Positions 1-16,662 of a DNA stretch of 64,000 bases are shown piece after piece. The translations under genes and the position numbers were made by a program. The notes below the pieces were generated by a model. The model was not told the origin of the DNA and searched no databases. It was given only the letters and a program-made list of their open reading frames with translations. Each line of letters opens with the position of its first letter. Position 1 is the stretch's first letter. The stretch comes from the human T2T-CHM13v2.0 reference genome, Homo sapiens. The DNA lies in assembly GCF_009914755.1 (NCBI RefSeq), contig NC_060939.1. One strand, given 5' to 3'.

Positions 1-1050
1 TACCACACTATCTCAACTGCTGTAAATTATAATACGTCTACATATCATGGATAAGTCTCCAATTTTGGTCATCTTCTTAGAGACTGTCTTAGCCATTCTT
101 GATACTTTCATTTCCATATACATTTTAGAATCAGCTTGTCAGACTTCACAATAAACAAAACTGGCTGTGATAGTACTGAATTCATAAATCAATTTGGAAA
201 GTACTAATATCTTTACATTACTGAGTCTTCAATAAACATAGTATATCCTTCTAATTATTTGGTTTTTTAAAAGTCTATCGATGTTTATATCTGTGTTTTA
301 TTTTGGTAGTTTTATACTTTTCATTAGGTATTTTTCATATCCTTCTGTAGATTATTTTTCAAATCTCACTTTCTAATTGTTGATAATTTACAGAAATACA
401 ATTAATGTTTATATACTAAATTTATACCCAACAATATCACTGAATATATTTTTTAGTTTTCAGTTTTACTGATCTACAATATTCAATAAACTGAACATGT
501 TTAAAGGATACAGTTTGATAAGTTTTTACATATGTATGCACCTGTGAAACCATCACCACAATCAAGATCATGAACACGTCCCAATCACTTCCTTATAAAC
601 CTGTGGTACCTCTCTTCTACCCCTTTATGTTCGCACTTATCCTGAGGCAAGCTAATTTGCTGTCACCTTAGGCAGTATAAATTTTCTAGAATTCATATAA
701 ATGGAATCATAGTGCAGGTACCATTTTTCTCTGGCTTCTTTCACTCAATATTTTCAAATACATCCATTTATTGCATATAGTAATTGCTTACTCCTTTTTA
801 TTGCAGGATATTATTTTAAGATTATAGATATCCACTCGCATTGCTTATCTATTCACATGCTGATAGACATTTGAGTTGTTTCAGGTATGTGGATATTGCA
901 AATAAAGCTGCTATGGAAATTTGAGTACCAGTTATTTGTGGTCACAGGCTTTCATTTCTCTTGGATAAATACCTAAGGTGGAATGATCAGGTCATACAGT
1001 AGATGCACGTTCAGCGTTTTAAGAAGCTGCCAAACTGTCTACTAAAGTGG
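1..1050 (-). mobile_element. Old L1M fragments (ORF2 end / 3' UTR)
   Basis: Degenerate antisense L1M motifs, e.g. AATAAAGCTGCTATG and GCTGCCAAACTGT. Confidence 0.65.
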
Positions 1051-1054
1051 TTTT

Positions 1055-1865
<811 letters not shown>

Positions 1866-1869
1866 ATTT

Positions 1870-3960
1870 GTAGATGCTTTTGGATGTTCTACACATACAA
1901 TCATATCATCTGTGAATAATTAAATTTTTATTCCTTTAATGCCAATCCTAGCACCTGTCTTTGCTTTTTCTTGCCCTATTGCACTGATTAGTATGTATAA
2001 TACAAAGATGACTAAAAGCTGTCAGAGCAGGCATCCCTGTCTTCTTCTCAGTGTCAGAGGGGAAGTGTTTAACATTTTGCTATTAAGGATAATGTTGCTG
2101 TAAATTCCCTTTTATCCCTAGCTTGCTACACTCTTTTTATTAAATCATAGAGTGATGATTCATATCAATGGGCTTTTTCTAATCATATAATTGTTAATAG
2201 GATGAATTACATTTACTGATTTTTAAAATGTTAAACCACCTTTGCATTCCTGGAATAAATTAAATTTGGTCAGGATGATTTATCTTTCTTATACAGCACT
2301 GGATTTCGTATTGACTAATATTTCAGATTACAGGAGCTAAATTCATGAGAGAGATTAGTCTACAGGTTTCTCATATCGTATTCAGGTAATGATCTGATTA
2401 AAACAAATTGGGAAGGGCTTCCTCTTTTTCTGTTTTACAGAACTACATAAGATTGGTGTTACTTTGTCCTGAATGTTTGGTAAAATTCACCTAGCCCTGT
2501 AGGTTTATTTGTGGACAAGGTTAAATTACAGATGCAATATCTTTAAAAGTTATAGGAACATTTAGCTATTTCTTCTTGTGCCAATCAGTTTGGTAAAATG
2601 TGCTAAGAATTTATCTATTTCATTTACATTTTCAAATTTATTTTCATAAAATTGTTTGCAATATCCTGCTATGGTCCATTAAGTGTTTGTATGCTCTACA
2701 GTGATATCACATTATCCATTCCAAAAACTGGTTATTTGTGCATTCTCTTTTACTCTGTCATCCCTACCAAGGGGTCGTCAATTTTATTCAACTTTTTATG
2801 GCACAGTTCTTGGCTTTATTTGTTCTACTTTATGTTTATATTCTAACTTACTCATTTCTGCTCTTATCTTTATTATTGCCTTCCTCCTACCTTCTTTTTG
2901 TAATCATTCCAGAAGAGAATTTGCAGTTTGTTTTCTAGTAATTCCAGATGGAGTTTTCCTTTCTAATACAGTTATTTCAGATTAAGACCTACCCTTGAGG
3001 AACAGCCTTAACTATATGCCACAAGTTGGTTTCTTTTTTTTCAGTCCTATAACATTTTTTATCATGTGAAAATATATGTAACAAAAATTTGCCATCCTAA
3101 CCATTTTTAAATGTACAACTCAGTGGTGTTAATTACATTCACAGTGTTCTGCAACCATCAACACTATTTCCAAAACTTTTTCATTCCCCCCAAAGAGAAA
3201 TGCTGCACCTCTTAAACGATAACTCCCCATTCTTCCCTCTCCCTAACCCCTGGAATTCCTAATCTGCATTTTGTCTATTTGCCTATTCTAGATAGTTCAC
3301 AAAAGTGGAATTATACAAGGAATTGTCCTTTTGTGTCTCGCTTACTTAACATAATGTTTTCAAGGTTCACTAATATTTTAGCATGTATCAGTGCTTCATT
3401 TTTTTTTTATAACTGAAGGATATTGTATAATGTATATATACTACACTTCATTTATCCACCCATCTGATGGACATTCAGGTTGTTTCAACATTTTGGTTAT
3501 TGGAAATAATGCTGCACCAAAAGTTTGTATACAAGTATCCATTTAAGTCTCACTATTGAATTTTTTGTATATTTATGCCTAGGAGTGGAATTGCTGGCTC
3601 ATATGGTAATCCTTTGTTTAACTTTTTCCCATAGCACCTGCATCATTTTACATTTCTACCAGCAATTTCTGAGGGTTCCAATTTTCCCACTTTCTTGGCA
3701 ATACCTATTATTTTCCACTACTTTTATTAAAATTGCCTATTAGATGTGAAACAGTTTCTTCTTATGGTTTTGATTTGCATTTCCCTAATGACAAATAATG
3801 TTGAGTATATTTTCATGTACTTATCATTCACTCAACATCTTCTTTAGAGAAACGTCTAAGTTCTTTGTTCATTTTTGAACTGGGTTTTTAAAATTATTGA
3901 ATTGTAAGAGTTCTTTATATATTTCAGATATTAAATCCTTATCAGAGATACAATTTGTTC
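1870..3960 (-). mobile_element. Old L1M / L1MB fragments
   Basis: Antisense L1 ORF2 and 3' UTR motifs (GGGCATCCCTGTCTT-like, GGTTTTGATTTGCATTTCCCTAATGAC). Confidence 0.7.
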
Positions 3961-4456
3961 TTCTGGCCTAAATGAGTTCTGAGTGAGGTAAAACAGATAA
4001 GTGCCTTGTGTTAGTTTTTCACGTAGTCCCAAGGTAGGTTAGAACAGATATACCCAACAATTTGTGAATAAGATCTGCTCTGCTCCTCCTGAACCAGGGA
4101 CCAGGGTCCTGCATTGGGAACAAGGGCTACCTGCCTCTGAGCTAGGAGGGAATGAGGAAAGGGCAAGTGAAGATACCACAGAACTTTACTACCATTTTTA
4201 GGCTTTTTCTTGTTTCAGCATTTGCTTGATTGCAATAAACCTTTGAATGCTACCCAAATTTCTTATAAAATTGGTTCTGAGAGTTTCTGCTTGTTTTCTG
4301 ATGTTTGTAGTCGGGGGATGGGCTGGGAGGAGAGACAGGAGCTGGGAGCTGCCTACTCTGCTATTTTGCTAATATCAGTCCAATCCTGCAACTTTTAGTA
4401 TGTGGTATTTTCATTATTATTCAGTTAAAAATACTTTCTAATTTCAATTTTGATTA

Positions 4457-4623
4457 TAGACAGTCTCTGATTAATGATGGTTTGACTTTACAATGGTGAG
4501 AAAACCATATGCATTCACAGTAGGTTCCTCAATTCATGATGGGGATGCATCCCAATAAACCTGTCGTAAATTGAAAATGTAGTTTATTGGGACATGAACC
4601 CATCGTACATCAAGGAGCATCTG
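4457..4623. mobile_element. MER47/Tigger-family DNA transposon relic
   Basis: Ends resemble CAGACAGTCCCCGACTTACGATGG and CCATCGTAAGTCGAGGAGCATCTG, followed by TA. Confidence 0.65.
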
Positions 4624-4934
4624 TACTTTTTGACCAAAGGGTAATGTGAAGCACATTTTTAAATACCTAAGCATATAAAGATTGCCTAGATTTTTTTTTA
4701 TTACTTACGTCTAGTTTAATTCCACTATGGACAGAGAAAATACTATGTATAAATTGATTCCTCTGAAAATCTGTTGATATTTTTATTCTGATACAACATT
4801 TCATCAATTTTGGCAAATGGTTCAAATATGTTTACTATAACTACTAATATAATTGGGTTTCCATTTACAAGCTTATATCTTCTTTCTACTTGTCTTCCCT
4901 GTCCTATGTTCTCTCTTCTCTCCTGTTTGCTTCT

Positions 4935-5795
<861 letters not shown>

Positions 5796-7019
5796 GAGTT
5801 TTTTGGAATAATCAATTCCTATTATCGTATTTTATTCTCTATTAGTCAGTTATATTTTCTTTTCCAAATTTTTATTACAGATATTACAGCATGTTTCTTT
5901 GTTTCCAGGTGAATAAATGTATTCATTATTATTTGACAATGCAAGATTCTTGACTTTAACTTCATTTACTTCCTATCTCATTTTGTCATATTTTTAACTC
6001 TTTACATATTTTAATTCCCAAAAGACATAATAAATATTTTATACATTCAAATATCAACTAAATTTACTATACATGTACCTCTTGCAGTTCTGAAATTAAG
6101 CTTGGGATCATTTTTCTTCTTCTATTAATACCTAATGAAGAACTGCTAGTATTCCCTTTAATGCAGGATTATTGGTGATCAATCTTCTGTTTTTGTTTCT
6201 CAGAAAATGTTATTTTGTGCTCTTTTAATCTATCTCATCTATTTTATGAATTAACAGCTTGATTATCAGTCCAGAACATAATTATACTGGTATAAGCTAG
6301 GTAATGGTAATAGTATTAAGAAGGAAAAACTGTCTCTGTCTTTTCTTTGAAATGGTTTTTGCTGAACTTAAATATAAATGAGATATGAGGTACTTGCTTT
6401 TGCTTTCATAACAGTATGTGTTAACTGTGTAATAAATACATTTAGTTAATTGGGCAATTAATTATAACTACTAATTGTTTAGTGCCATAATTTAAAATAG
6501 GATTTCTAAAAATAAACAGTGAGTTTCCCAACTCCAGTTAAAAACAGCAGCAAAGTTAAATTATCTTTTAAGTACTTTCTTGGATTACAAAACCATGTGT
6601 TCCAAAATCAATTAACAGGAGTCATGATTTCTGAGCTCAAAGAAATATTTTCAAAATAAACTTCAATGATTTTTTAAATGTGCCGTGCATTTAAAAAATT
6701 AATTTCTTTTACATTAAAAAAGCTAAATCTTAATATAGGTGATTTTAAATAAATTAGGACACATTTTAAGCACCAGAGCAGTTCCCTGAATTTAGACATG
6801 CCAATTTGAAATACAGTCCATTTCTGCATGACAGTGAAAATTTTAATATGGCTTGTGCACAAAATAAAAACACTCTTAGCAATTCTGACACTGCTGAGAG
6901 GAGGCATACTCTATGTGAAAGAGTACTCAACTGAATGACTTTTAGTTTGAAAAAATTTTTCACAAGGTATAAAATTCTGGTTGAGTTGTAAATTTTTTTG
7001 TATATACTCAAGCACTTTC

Positions 7020-7292
7020 TTCCTTTTAGTTTTTGTGGGTACACAGTATATATTTGTATATATTTATGGGGTACATGAGACATTTTGATATAGGCATGCA
7101 ATGCATACTAATCATATCATGGAAAATGGGGTATCCATCCCCTCAAGCATTTATCATTTGTGTTACAAACAATCCAATTATACTCTTTTAGTTATTTTTA
7201 AATGTCCAGTGAAATTATTATTGACTATAGTCACCCTGCTGTGCTATGAAATACTAGGTCCTACTCATTCATTCTATTTTTTTTGTACCCAG
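7020..7292 (-). mobile_element. L1MA/L1PB4-type 3' end
   Basis: TATTTATGGGGTACATGAGA...GGGGTATCCATCCCCTCAAGCATTTATC. Confidence 0.75.
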
Positions 7293-8066
7293 GTAAATCT
7301 GTTATCTTTTAATTTCTACTGTTTCTATTCAGGATTAAGTCATACTTCTTACTGTTGTCTCTTTGGAGATAATCATCTTTTTTGTTCTGGCTGCTTTTTT
7401 ATGATTTTCTATTACTGTTGGATTTTAAAAGTTTTATTAGGATGAGTGAAAGTACTGTTTTCATTACTTGCAATGTTCTGAAAATTCCAGGCCAGCATCT
7501 CCTCACATAATGCTTCTGTATTATCCTCTTTCACCTCTCTACCAGGACTAAAATTATATTAATACATCTGCTAGAACTTTGTACCATAGCCCGTATCTCT
7601 TTTAAATTCTCATCTGTATTTTTCTATCCTTTTGTCTCTCCATGCTTTATTCTGAATATTTTCCAGAACCTTTTCACAGATTATCCCTTAATCTGTGTCT
7701 AATAAAATCTAATTCTGTATTATTGAAGTAAAACACACACTAAAGTGCACAAATCTTAAGTGTACAGCTTGTAGAACGCTGTTGAACATACTGCCATATG
7801 CTTATTGGCCAAGCTCTGCTTCACTTAACTCTCAGCCATTGTTTGGAATCAGCAGAAACCTCTAGAGGAAATGCCACTACAAATGCCAAGCTTGCATTCT
7901 GGTTTCCTTCCTTTCACAGATCTTAATTTTATGCTTTTCCTAGACTTTTTCTCAGGAGGAACATTTATCTGAATAACCTAATCTGCAATTGCTAGAAGTG
8001 AAAATCTCTTCTATTTAATTCTTGTTTTCAGGGAATTAGAGATAAGAAATAGTTCATCGTCAGGTG

Positions 8067-8089
8067 AAAAAAAAAAAAAAAAAAAAAAA
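8067..8089. repeat. A23 homopolymer
   Basis: Counted directly. Confidence 0.9.
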
Positions 8090-9211
8090 CCATGAGTAAC
8101 AGCTAATGATGGTTGGAGAATTAGGGCCCAAAAAGATAGTTTGAGACTAGAACAATAAGCAGATTTTAACAGTAATTCTAAATTTCTAAGGATCGGTAAT
8201 CTCTTAGAGAATCTGATTAGAGTTGTGGAGCCAGAAAAATACACATGGATACATTTGCCAAACATATTAATATAATTTAACAAGGTTCAAAATCCATGAA
8301 GCTCATCCATGTTTCCTGTAATATTCTACAGACGTCCTGCTCAATTAAGATAAAATGTAACAACTATCGAAGTAAATTTCCAATATATTCAATTACATAA
8401 GTATATGATTAGCATTTACTTGGCCCTGAGTTTTGATTAACACTGTGACAAGGCTGTTCCTAAAAAGTAATTCGATCTTAGGCAGGATCAAGAAACATTC
8501 TAGAATAGTGTCCTGTCATCTGGAGTATCTGGCAGTCTTTCTTGGAGTATTATACGGAAGTATGGGGGCAATTAAGGAATACTAATAATTTAAACTGTAA
8601 TCAGAGAAGAAACCAGGATGATGAATAAACTTAAAGCCAGGTTATGTAAGAAACAACTGAAGGAACAAGGGATAGCTAACTTACAGAAGAAAACATTTAG
8701 TGCGTTCATATATGTGAAAGGACATCTAAAGAAGACAGATGCATGAAGTCACAGAGAAATTAATTTTAAAACAATGGGGGGGAAGATAATTTAACATTAA
8801 GACTAAAGTTCCTACTGCAGTTACTAGAGGTACTGAAACACAGGCTCCACAGTCATTCCAGAAATACTGTAGGAAATTTATGTAGAGGTATAAAATTAAA
8901 CTAGTTATTACCTAAGGTTTCTCTTAAGATTAGGAATTCATTTTTTATAAGAGGTCATTTTAAAATTTATGTGTAAAGGAAAGAGCAGGGGGACTGATAT
9001 TTATTTTTCACTGTAAATATTCAGACTTCCATGAATACAACTTCTTTTCTCAAATAAATATTTATAGAACTTAAAGCAATAAGTATTTCCAGGTAAAATA
9101 TTAACTAAGTGAAATGACATAAACAAAGAAATTTCACTTTCAGGTGCTAAGGATTACATAAGAGTTTAAAGATAAAGACTAAATAAATGAAATTTAGAGA
9201 AACCAAGATAC

Positions 9212-9339
9212 CTGTTTTCTCTTACTTGTTGCCTCATCTTTTCGTCCTTTAGACTTTCATGTTTCAGTTTTGCCAATTCCATAGCCAGTTTTTCTTCTTG
9301 TTTGAGCTGGAGTTCTTTCAATCTCTTGTTTTCTTCTGC
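9212..9339 (-). CDS. MNS1: MNS1 exon 3 (128 nt, phase 0/2): AEENKRLKELQLKQEEKLAMELAKLKHESLKDEKMRQQVREN(S)
   Basis: Acceptor TTTTCGTTCAG|GCA and donor CAG|GTATCT. Open, in frame with exon 2, E/K/Q-rich coiled coil. Not in the ORF track; found by manual translation. Confidence 0.95.
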
Positions 9340-10134
9340 CTGAACGAAAAATTTAACTTCGTTGTTTGTCCTCTAGAATCAGATTTTTTTCATCAAGGTT
9401 GAATTTGTTTTATAACAGAAAACTAAATGCCTTAAGGCCAACAATTGATGATGTTTTATTTTAAAATACAAAATGTTGTTTCAATAAATACTTTTTCAAA
9501 ATATTTTATCATGGAAAATTTCAAGTATTGCCAATAGTAAGAAGAATATTTAAATACACTCTCAGGTACCCATCACACATGTTTTCAAAAATTGTCGACA
9601 TTCTGCTAATCTTTTTTCTCTACCTTCCATTTCACTCTTTTTTCCCTTATTCTTTTTCTGCTAGGGTGTTTTAAAACAATCCTAGACATCATGTCACTTA
9701 CCATGTAAATAATTCAGTATGAATATCTACCTGATCAGAATTTTTAAAAATATAACAATCATGTCATCAACACGTCTAATTAACAATAATTCCTTAATGT
9801 CTAATACCATGTTCATATTCAAGCTTTCCCAATTGTCTCAACATACTTTTCTAGTTGGTTTGCTTAAATCAAAATCCAAACAAGATCCACATATTGCATC
9901 TAATTATTATTTTTCTTAAGTCTCTTATATATTCTGTAACAATCACCTCTACACACATTTTTCCCCCAAGCCACTGACTTGTTATAGAAATTAGGACATA
10001 CATCCCGTAGAATGTTCCACATTTTGCATTTGACTGATTGCTTCCCCAGGATATATCACTGAACTTTTTTTCTCTTTTATATTTCCTGTAAAAATGGCAG
10101 AAAGATCTAGAGGCTTGATTAAATTCAGTATCTA

Positions 10135-12300
10135 ATAAAAACACATGAAAAGATATTCAACATCATTAGCCATCAGGAAATGCAAATTAGAATTGCAAGG
10201 AGATATTACTACGTACCTATTGGAATGGCTAAAACAAAAAACAGTGCCAACACCAGATGCTGGCAAGAAACTATCACTCATATATTGCTGTGTGGGAATG
10301 TAAAATGGTACAGGCATTCTGAAAATCAGTTTTATAGTTTGATATAAAACTAACATGCAGCTGAGCGCTGTGGCTTACACGTGTAATCCCAGCACTTTGG
10401 GAGGCTAAGGTGGGAGGATCCTTAAGGCCAGGAGTTTGAGACCAGCCTGGGCAACATAGAGAGGTGCTGTCCTTACAGAAAATTAGCCAGGTGTGGTGGC
10501 ACAAATCTGTAGTTCTAGCTGTATCAGGAGGTTGAGGTAGGAGGACCGCCGGAGACCAGGAGTTCAAGGCTGCAGTAAGTCATGATCATGCCACTGCACT
10601 CCAGCTGGGCAACAGAGCAAGACCCTGTCTCTTAAAAAAAAAAAAGCCTCCATGCAATTATCACACAACTCAACAATTTTACCTCTTAAGCATTTATCCC
10701 AGGGAAATGAAAACTTTTTATTTAAAAACCTGTATACAAATGTTTACAGCAGATTTATTCATAATAGCCAATACCAAAAATACTCCAGACATCCTTCATC
10801 ATGTGAGTGGTCAAATAAACTGTGGTACATCCATACTATGGGATACTACTCAGCAATAAAAAGAAAAAGAATGCAAGCAAAACTTGGATGAATCTCCATG
10901 AATTATGCTAAGTGAAAAAAGCTAATTCCAAAAGATTACATACAGTTTGATGCCATTTATGTAACATTCTTGGTACATGTTATTTTTTAATAATTGAGAT
11001 ATAATTCATATAGCATAAAATTCACCTTTTACAATTCACAATTCAGTGATGTTGTATATTCACAATGTTGTGTATCTATCACCACTATCTAGTTCCAGAG
11101 CCTTAAAAAAAATAGACTTTGAAGTTTTGGGTTCACAACAAAATTGAGCAGAAAGTACACAGAGTTCCCATATATTCCCTGTCCCTACACATGCTCAGCT
11201 TCCCCTTCTATCAGCCTCCTCCATTAGACTGGTACATTTGTTACACTCAGTAAACCTGTATTTACATTACTTAAACCTATGCATCATTATCACGCAAAGT
11301 CCATAGTTTACATTAAGGTTCATTCTTGGTGGTACACATTCTATGGGTTTTGGCAATGCATAATCATATGTATCTACCATAATAGTGTTGTACACAATCA
11401 TTTCACTACCCTAAAAATCCTCTGTGATCTGTCTATTCAACCCTTCCTCCCTAAAATCCTAAAAACAACTTACATTTTTACTGTTTCCATAGTTTTGCCT
11501 TTCCCAGAATGTCACATAGTCGGAATTATACAGAATGGAGCCTTTTTGGACTGGCTTCTTTCACTTAGTAATATGCATTTAAAGTTCCTCCACATCTTTT
11601 CATGGCTTCATAGCTCATTTCATTTTGGCACTGAATAATATTCCATTGTCTGGATGTATCACAGTTTATCCATTATCTACTGAAGGACATCTTGGTTGCT
11701 TCTAAATTTTGACATTTATAAATAATGCTGCTATATATTATAAACATTTGTGCTATGGCAGCTATAAAGCTGCCATGTTATATTTTTATAAATGCTATAG
11801 ATATATATAGGTGATTGTATGTACACACTATATATAGCACATCTGTGTGTACATTTGTGTGTGGCATAAAATGTCAACACTCCAGAATGTTTACATCACC
11901 CCAAAAGAAACCTGTAACCTATTAGCAGTCACTTACTATTCCTCTCACCTTTTCCCCCAACCCCTGGCACCTACTTATCTATTTTTTGTCTCCATGGATT
12001 TGCATATTCTGGATATTTCATATAAATGAATTCACACAATATGTGGCCTTTTGTATCTGGTTTATTTCACTTAGCAAAATGTTTTCAAGGTTCATCCGTG
12101 TTGTAGCATGTATCAGTAATTCATTCCTTTTTATGGCTGTGTAATATTCCATTGTATAGATGTAACACATTTTGTTTATCCATTTATCAGCTGACTGGCA
12201 TCTGGGTTTCTACTTTCTGGGTGTCATGAATAATGCTGTTATAGACACTCGTGTATGAGTTTTTATGTAGATATATGCCTTCAATTATCTCTTGGGAATA
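10135..12300. mobile_element. Mosaic of L1M 3' fragments in both orientations
   Basis: Sense L1M at 10135-10975 (split by an Alu); antisense L1MB/MC pieces at about 10980-12300. Confidence 0.7.
10359..10645 (+). mobile_element. AluJ-like
   Basis: Diverged Alu dimer with A tail. Confidence 0.92.
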
Positions 12301-12530
12301 TATTTAGTACCCAGCTACACCACACCTAGATTTCTGACTTGCAGAAACTGAGATAATAAATGGGTGTTGTTTTAAGCAGCTAAGTTTGTGGTAATTCGTT
12401 ACTTAGCAATTGAAAACTACTACAGCAACTAACGTGTACTCTTCAAAATTGTCAAGGTCATGAAAGACAGCAAAAAGTGAAGAATTCTTACAAACTAGAG
12501 GAGACAAAGATTGGAGAAGAAACAATGACT

Positions 12531-12819
<289 letters not shown>

Positions 12820-12892
<73 letters not shown>
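12820..12892. repeat. Compound microsatellite A27(TA)23
   Basis: Counted directly from the sequence. Confidence 0.95.
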
Positions 12893-12902
<10 letters not shown>

Positions 12903-13709
12903 GTTTATTCAAATGCAAAGCTTGAGGACAGCCACTCAGGAAACACAAACTCCAAAATAATGGGTCATTGTTCCAACGTGGGGAAGTTAAGGTTTCACTT
13001 ATATAGGCAGAGACAGAGAAGCTTAACAGGGTTGCAACATTTTCCATATAAGGTCAGTATACATATTATAGCAATTTAATTAGTTGCATTCCAAGGAACA
13101 TTCCATGAGAAAGGGTAATGATCTTGAGGGGTCTTATCTCTGGTGTCTTTCCTAATCATTTACAGAACAAGAATAAGGAAGATTTAATCTGTAATTGGAA
13201 AAGCAGAAGTTGTAGCAGCATGCTATGTGACTCAGGACACATAGCCACATTCCTCTCAAGGCTAAAAACTAAGGATACATGACAACTAAATGCAATCTAT
13301 GGTCCTCAAGTAGCAAAAACACATTAGTGGACAAACTGATGAAATCTGAATAAATCTCACAGTTAACAGTATTCCATGAAAGCTAAATTCTCCATTTTGA
13401 TAACTTTTCCATGATTTTCATCTGTGTAAGATGTTAAGAAGTAGTCAGGTGAAGGGTATATGTGAATTCTCTACACTGTTTTTGCAACTCTCCTATAAAT
13501 CTAAACTTATCTCAAAATAATAAGTTAAAAATATGCATATTTCCAAGATTTGTTCACTGAAAAAACCTGGAAGCAATGATAACCCAAGAATTATGAGTAA
13601 ACCTAGCACCCAAGTTTTCTTGAAATATTATTTCCACTAAATGATAACAGCGCTTCCTGGCACAATGGCTGATTCCAGGTGTAGGACAAAAAATATAAGA
13701 GAGAAATTT

Positions 13710-14159
13710 TGTATTTGTCAGGGTTCTCCAGAGTAAGTGATTATGAAGGCAGGCAAGTTCTAAGATCTGCAAGGTGAGCTGGCAAGCTGAGGAACTAATG
13801 GTTTTGTTCTAGTTTGAGTCCTAAAGCCTGAGAACCAGCAGGCTCAAGACCCAGAAAGAGCCAATGTTTTAGTTTGAGTTCAATGACTAGAAAAAAAGGA
13901 AATGTCCCAGCTGAAAGGCAATCAGGCATGAAGAATTCTGTCTTATTCAAAAGAAGGTCAGTCTTTTTGTTCTATTCAGGCCTTCAACTGATCGGATGAG
14001 GCCCACCTATATTAGGGAGGGCAATGTGCTTTATACTCAGTCTATGGATTTAAATGCTAATCTCATCCAAAACAACCTCACAGAAACACCGAGAATGATG
14101 TTTTATCAAATACCTAGAAACCCCAAGGCCCAGTCAAGTTGACACATAAAATTATCACA
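13710..14159 (-). mobile_element. MLT2-family (ERVL) solo LTR
   Basis: TGTATTTGTCAGGGTTCTCCAGAG...GGCCCAGTCAAGTTGACACATAAAATTATCACA. Confidence 0.8.
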
Positions 14160-14236
14160 AGCCTAGAACAGTTTGTTTTGACAAAAAGCAAGGAAGGTAT
14201 CAAAGATTAAGGAAATATTGTCAAAAGGACACAGAG

Positions 14237-14635
<399 letters not shown>

Positions 14636-14818
14636 CTATGAGTCCATAAAGGTATTTTTAAAAAGAGACAAAGTCAAAAACTAAATAAAACAAAAATTTA
14701 AAAACAACCACAACATAGGTAGACACCAATGGAAGAAAATAGGACACCAATTCCTTACTCTGAAAATTAACTGTCTCCTTTTTCAGTAAGAATAAATAAC
14801 CCTAGTCAATAACAAAGT

Positions 14819-15025
14819 GTTTTTTTGTTGTTGTTGTTGTTTTTTTTTTTTTTTTTTTTTTTTTTTTGTGGGGTGGGGGCAGGGGAACAGGGTCTCTGTC
14901 ATTCAGGCTGGAGTGCGGTGGCAAGATCATAGCTCACTGCAGCCTTGAACTCCTGGGCTCAAGAGATCCTTCCATCTTGGCCTCCCAAAGTGCTAGAATT
15001 ATATGGGTGAGCAATTGTGCTGGCC
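14819..15025 (-). mobile_element. FLAM/AluJ monomer with (TTG)n-T tail
   Basis: Single antisense Alu arm. Confidence 0.85.
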
Positions 15026-16358
15026 CAAGGTGAAGTTCTTTACAGAGGAATTTCAGCTAATTAAATGTGAAAGGAATAAAAGAATCAGAAAATCAGTTTT
15101 TGTAACCACTAATGAAAGAAAAAATTCTTTTGTGAAACCACAGATGAAAGTTTGATGGGAACCTTTACAGTGGAGAAACCAGACTGTCTTCCTAAACCCA
15201 CTGATCAATACTGGCATCACTAAAAGTGGAACAACCAGACCTCATGTGTTCCCTGTTGTGACACAATGACAAAGACAGCATCACCTATGGAGTATTCTTG
15301 CCAAAAAAGGTGGACCGCAATCTAATTGTGTCTTTATGGCTAGGTTCTATTTAGAGGAAATATAACAGATAGGGAAATAAATTAAAGGAACATGAGGAAG
15401 CAAACACGTATATTCAGAATGTGGGCTACTGGATAAAACAACTGGCTTAGTTTAGCAAGCTAAAAACATGAAGTCAAAAAAGAAAAACACGGTGAAGGAG
15501 GGGCTGTTTTCAATTAAGAGGGACTTAAACAGACATAACCACCAAATACACCGTATGAATGTTCCTTGGATCTTGGTTAAAACAAACCAACTGTAAAAGC
15601 AGATTTTTGACACAATCACAGAAATGTGTTTATGGAATGGGTGAGATAATAGTATTATGGTACTCCATGTAAGAAAACATCCATATTTTGTTAGATGTAC
15701 ACTTAACTATGTAGGAAAGAGTTGGTGTGATACCTGGGATATTCTTTCAAATTAAAGAGAAAATAATAAGAATAGGAAAAATATCCAACCCCTAAGATGT
15801 GCTTTCTCAGAGTTAAAAAAAAAAATCATATCTAAGCTTTTGAATTTGGAACACAGAAGGGTGGATATCATTTTTTAAATTTGCTTTTGTTATTCTCCAC
15901 AAAATCCTCCAAAATGTTTAACATACAGCAGCTACTCAAAAACTACTGACATATCAGAATACCTTTTATATATTTATGAGAATTCACTTCTATCATGTCT
16001 CAATTCTTATTAGTTTCCCTTTTCTACCACCTTAATCCCTTAAAATGTTGAGATATACCTAAGGGTTCATTTTCTACCACTTAATAATGTATACATTAAT
16101 TTCAGTAAATTTTTTAAAGGCACCCCTAAATTTTTGTTTTTAGAAATTTATGAAAGGCAACACAATTGTACTTACATGAACAAAACTGGTAGTAATTACA
16201 GAGTTCATATTTATGTTAAAAAAAAATCTGAGTGCTTATTCTGTACCAGGCACTATTCCAAGAGTCTTGCATGTATTAACTCATTATTAAAACAATCCTA
16301 AGTAGGAGGTACTATTCTTATTCCCCATTTTATAGAAAAAGCATAAAAAATAAAAGCA

Positions 16359-16662
<304 letters not shown>

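Noticed and set aside
8067-8089. Orphan poly-A (also 24144-24168) as a processed pseudogene tail
   Set aside because: No recognisable upstream mRNA body or convincing TSD.
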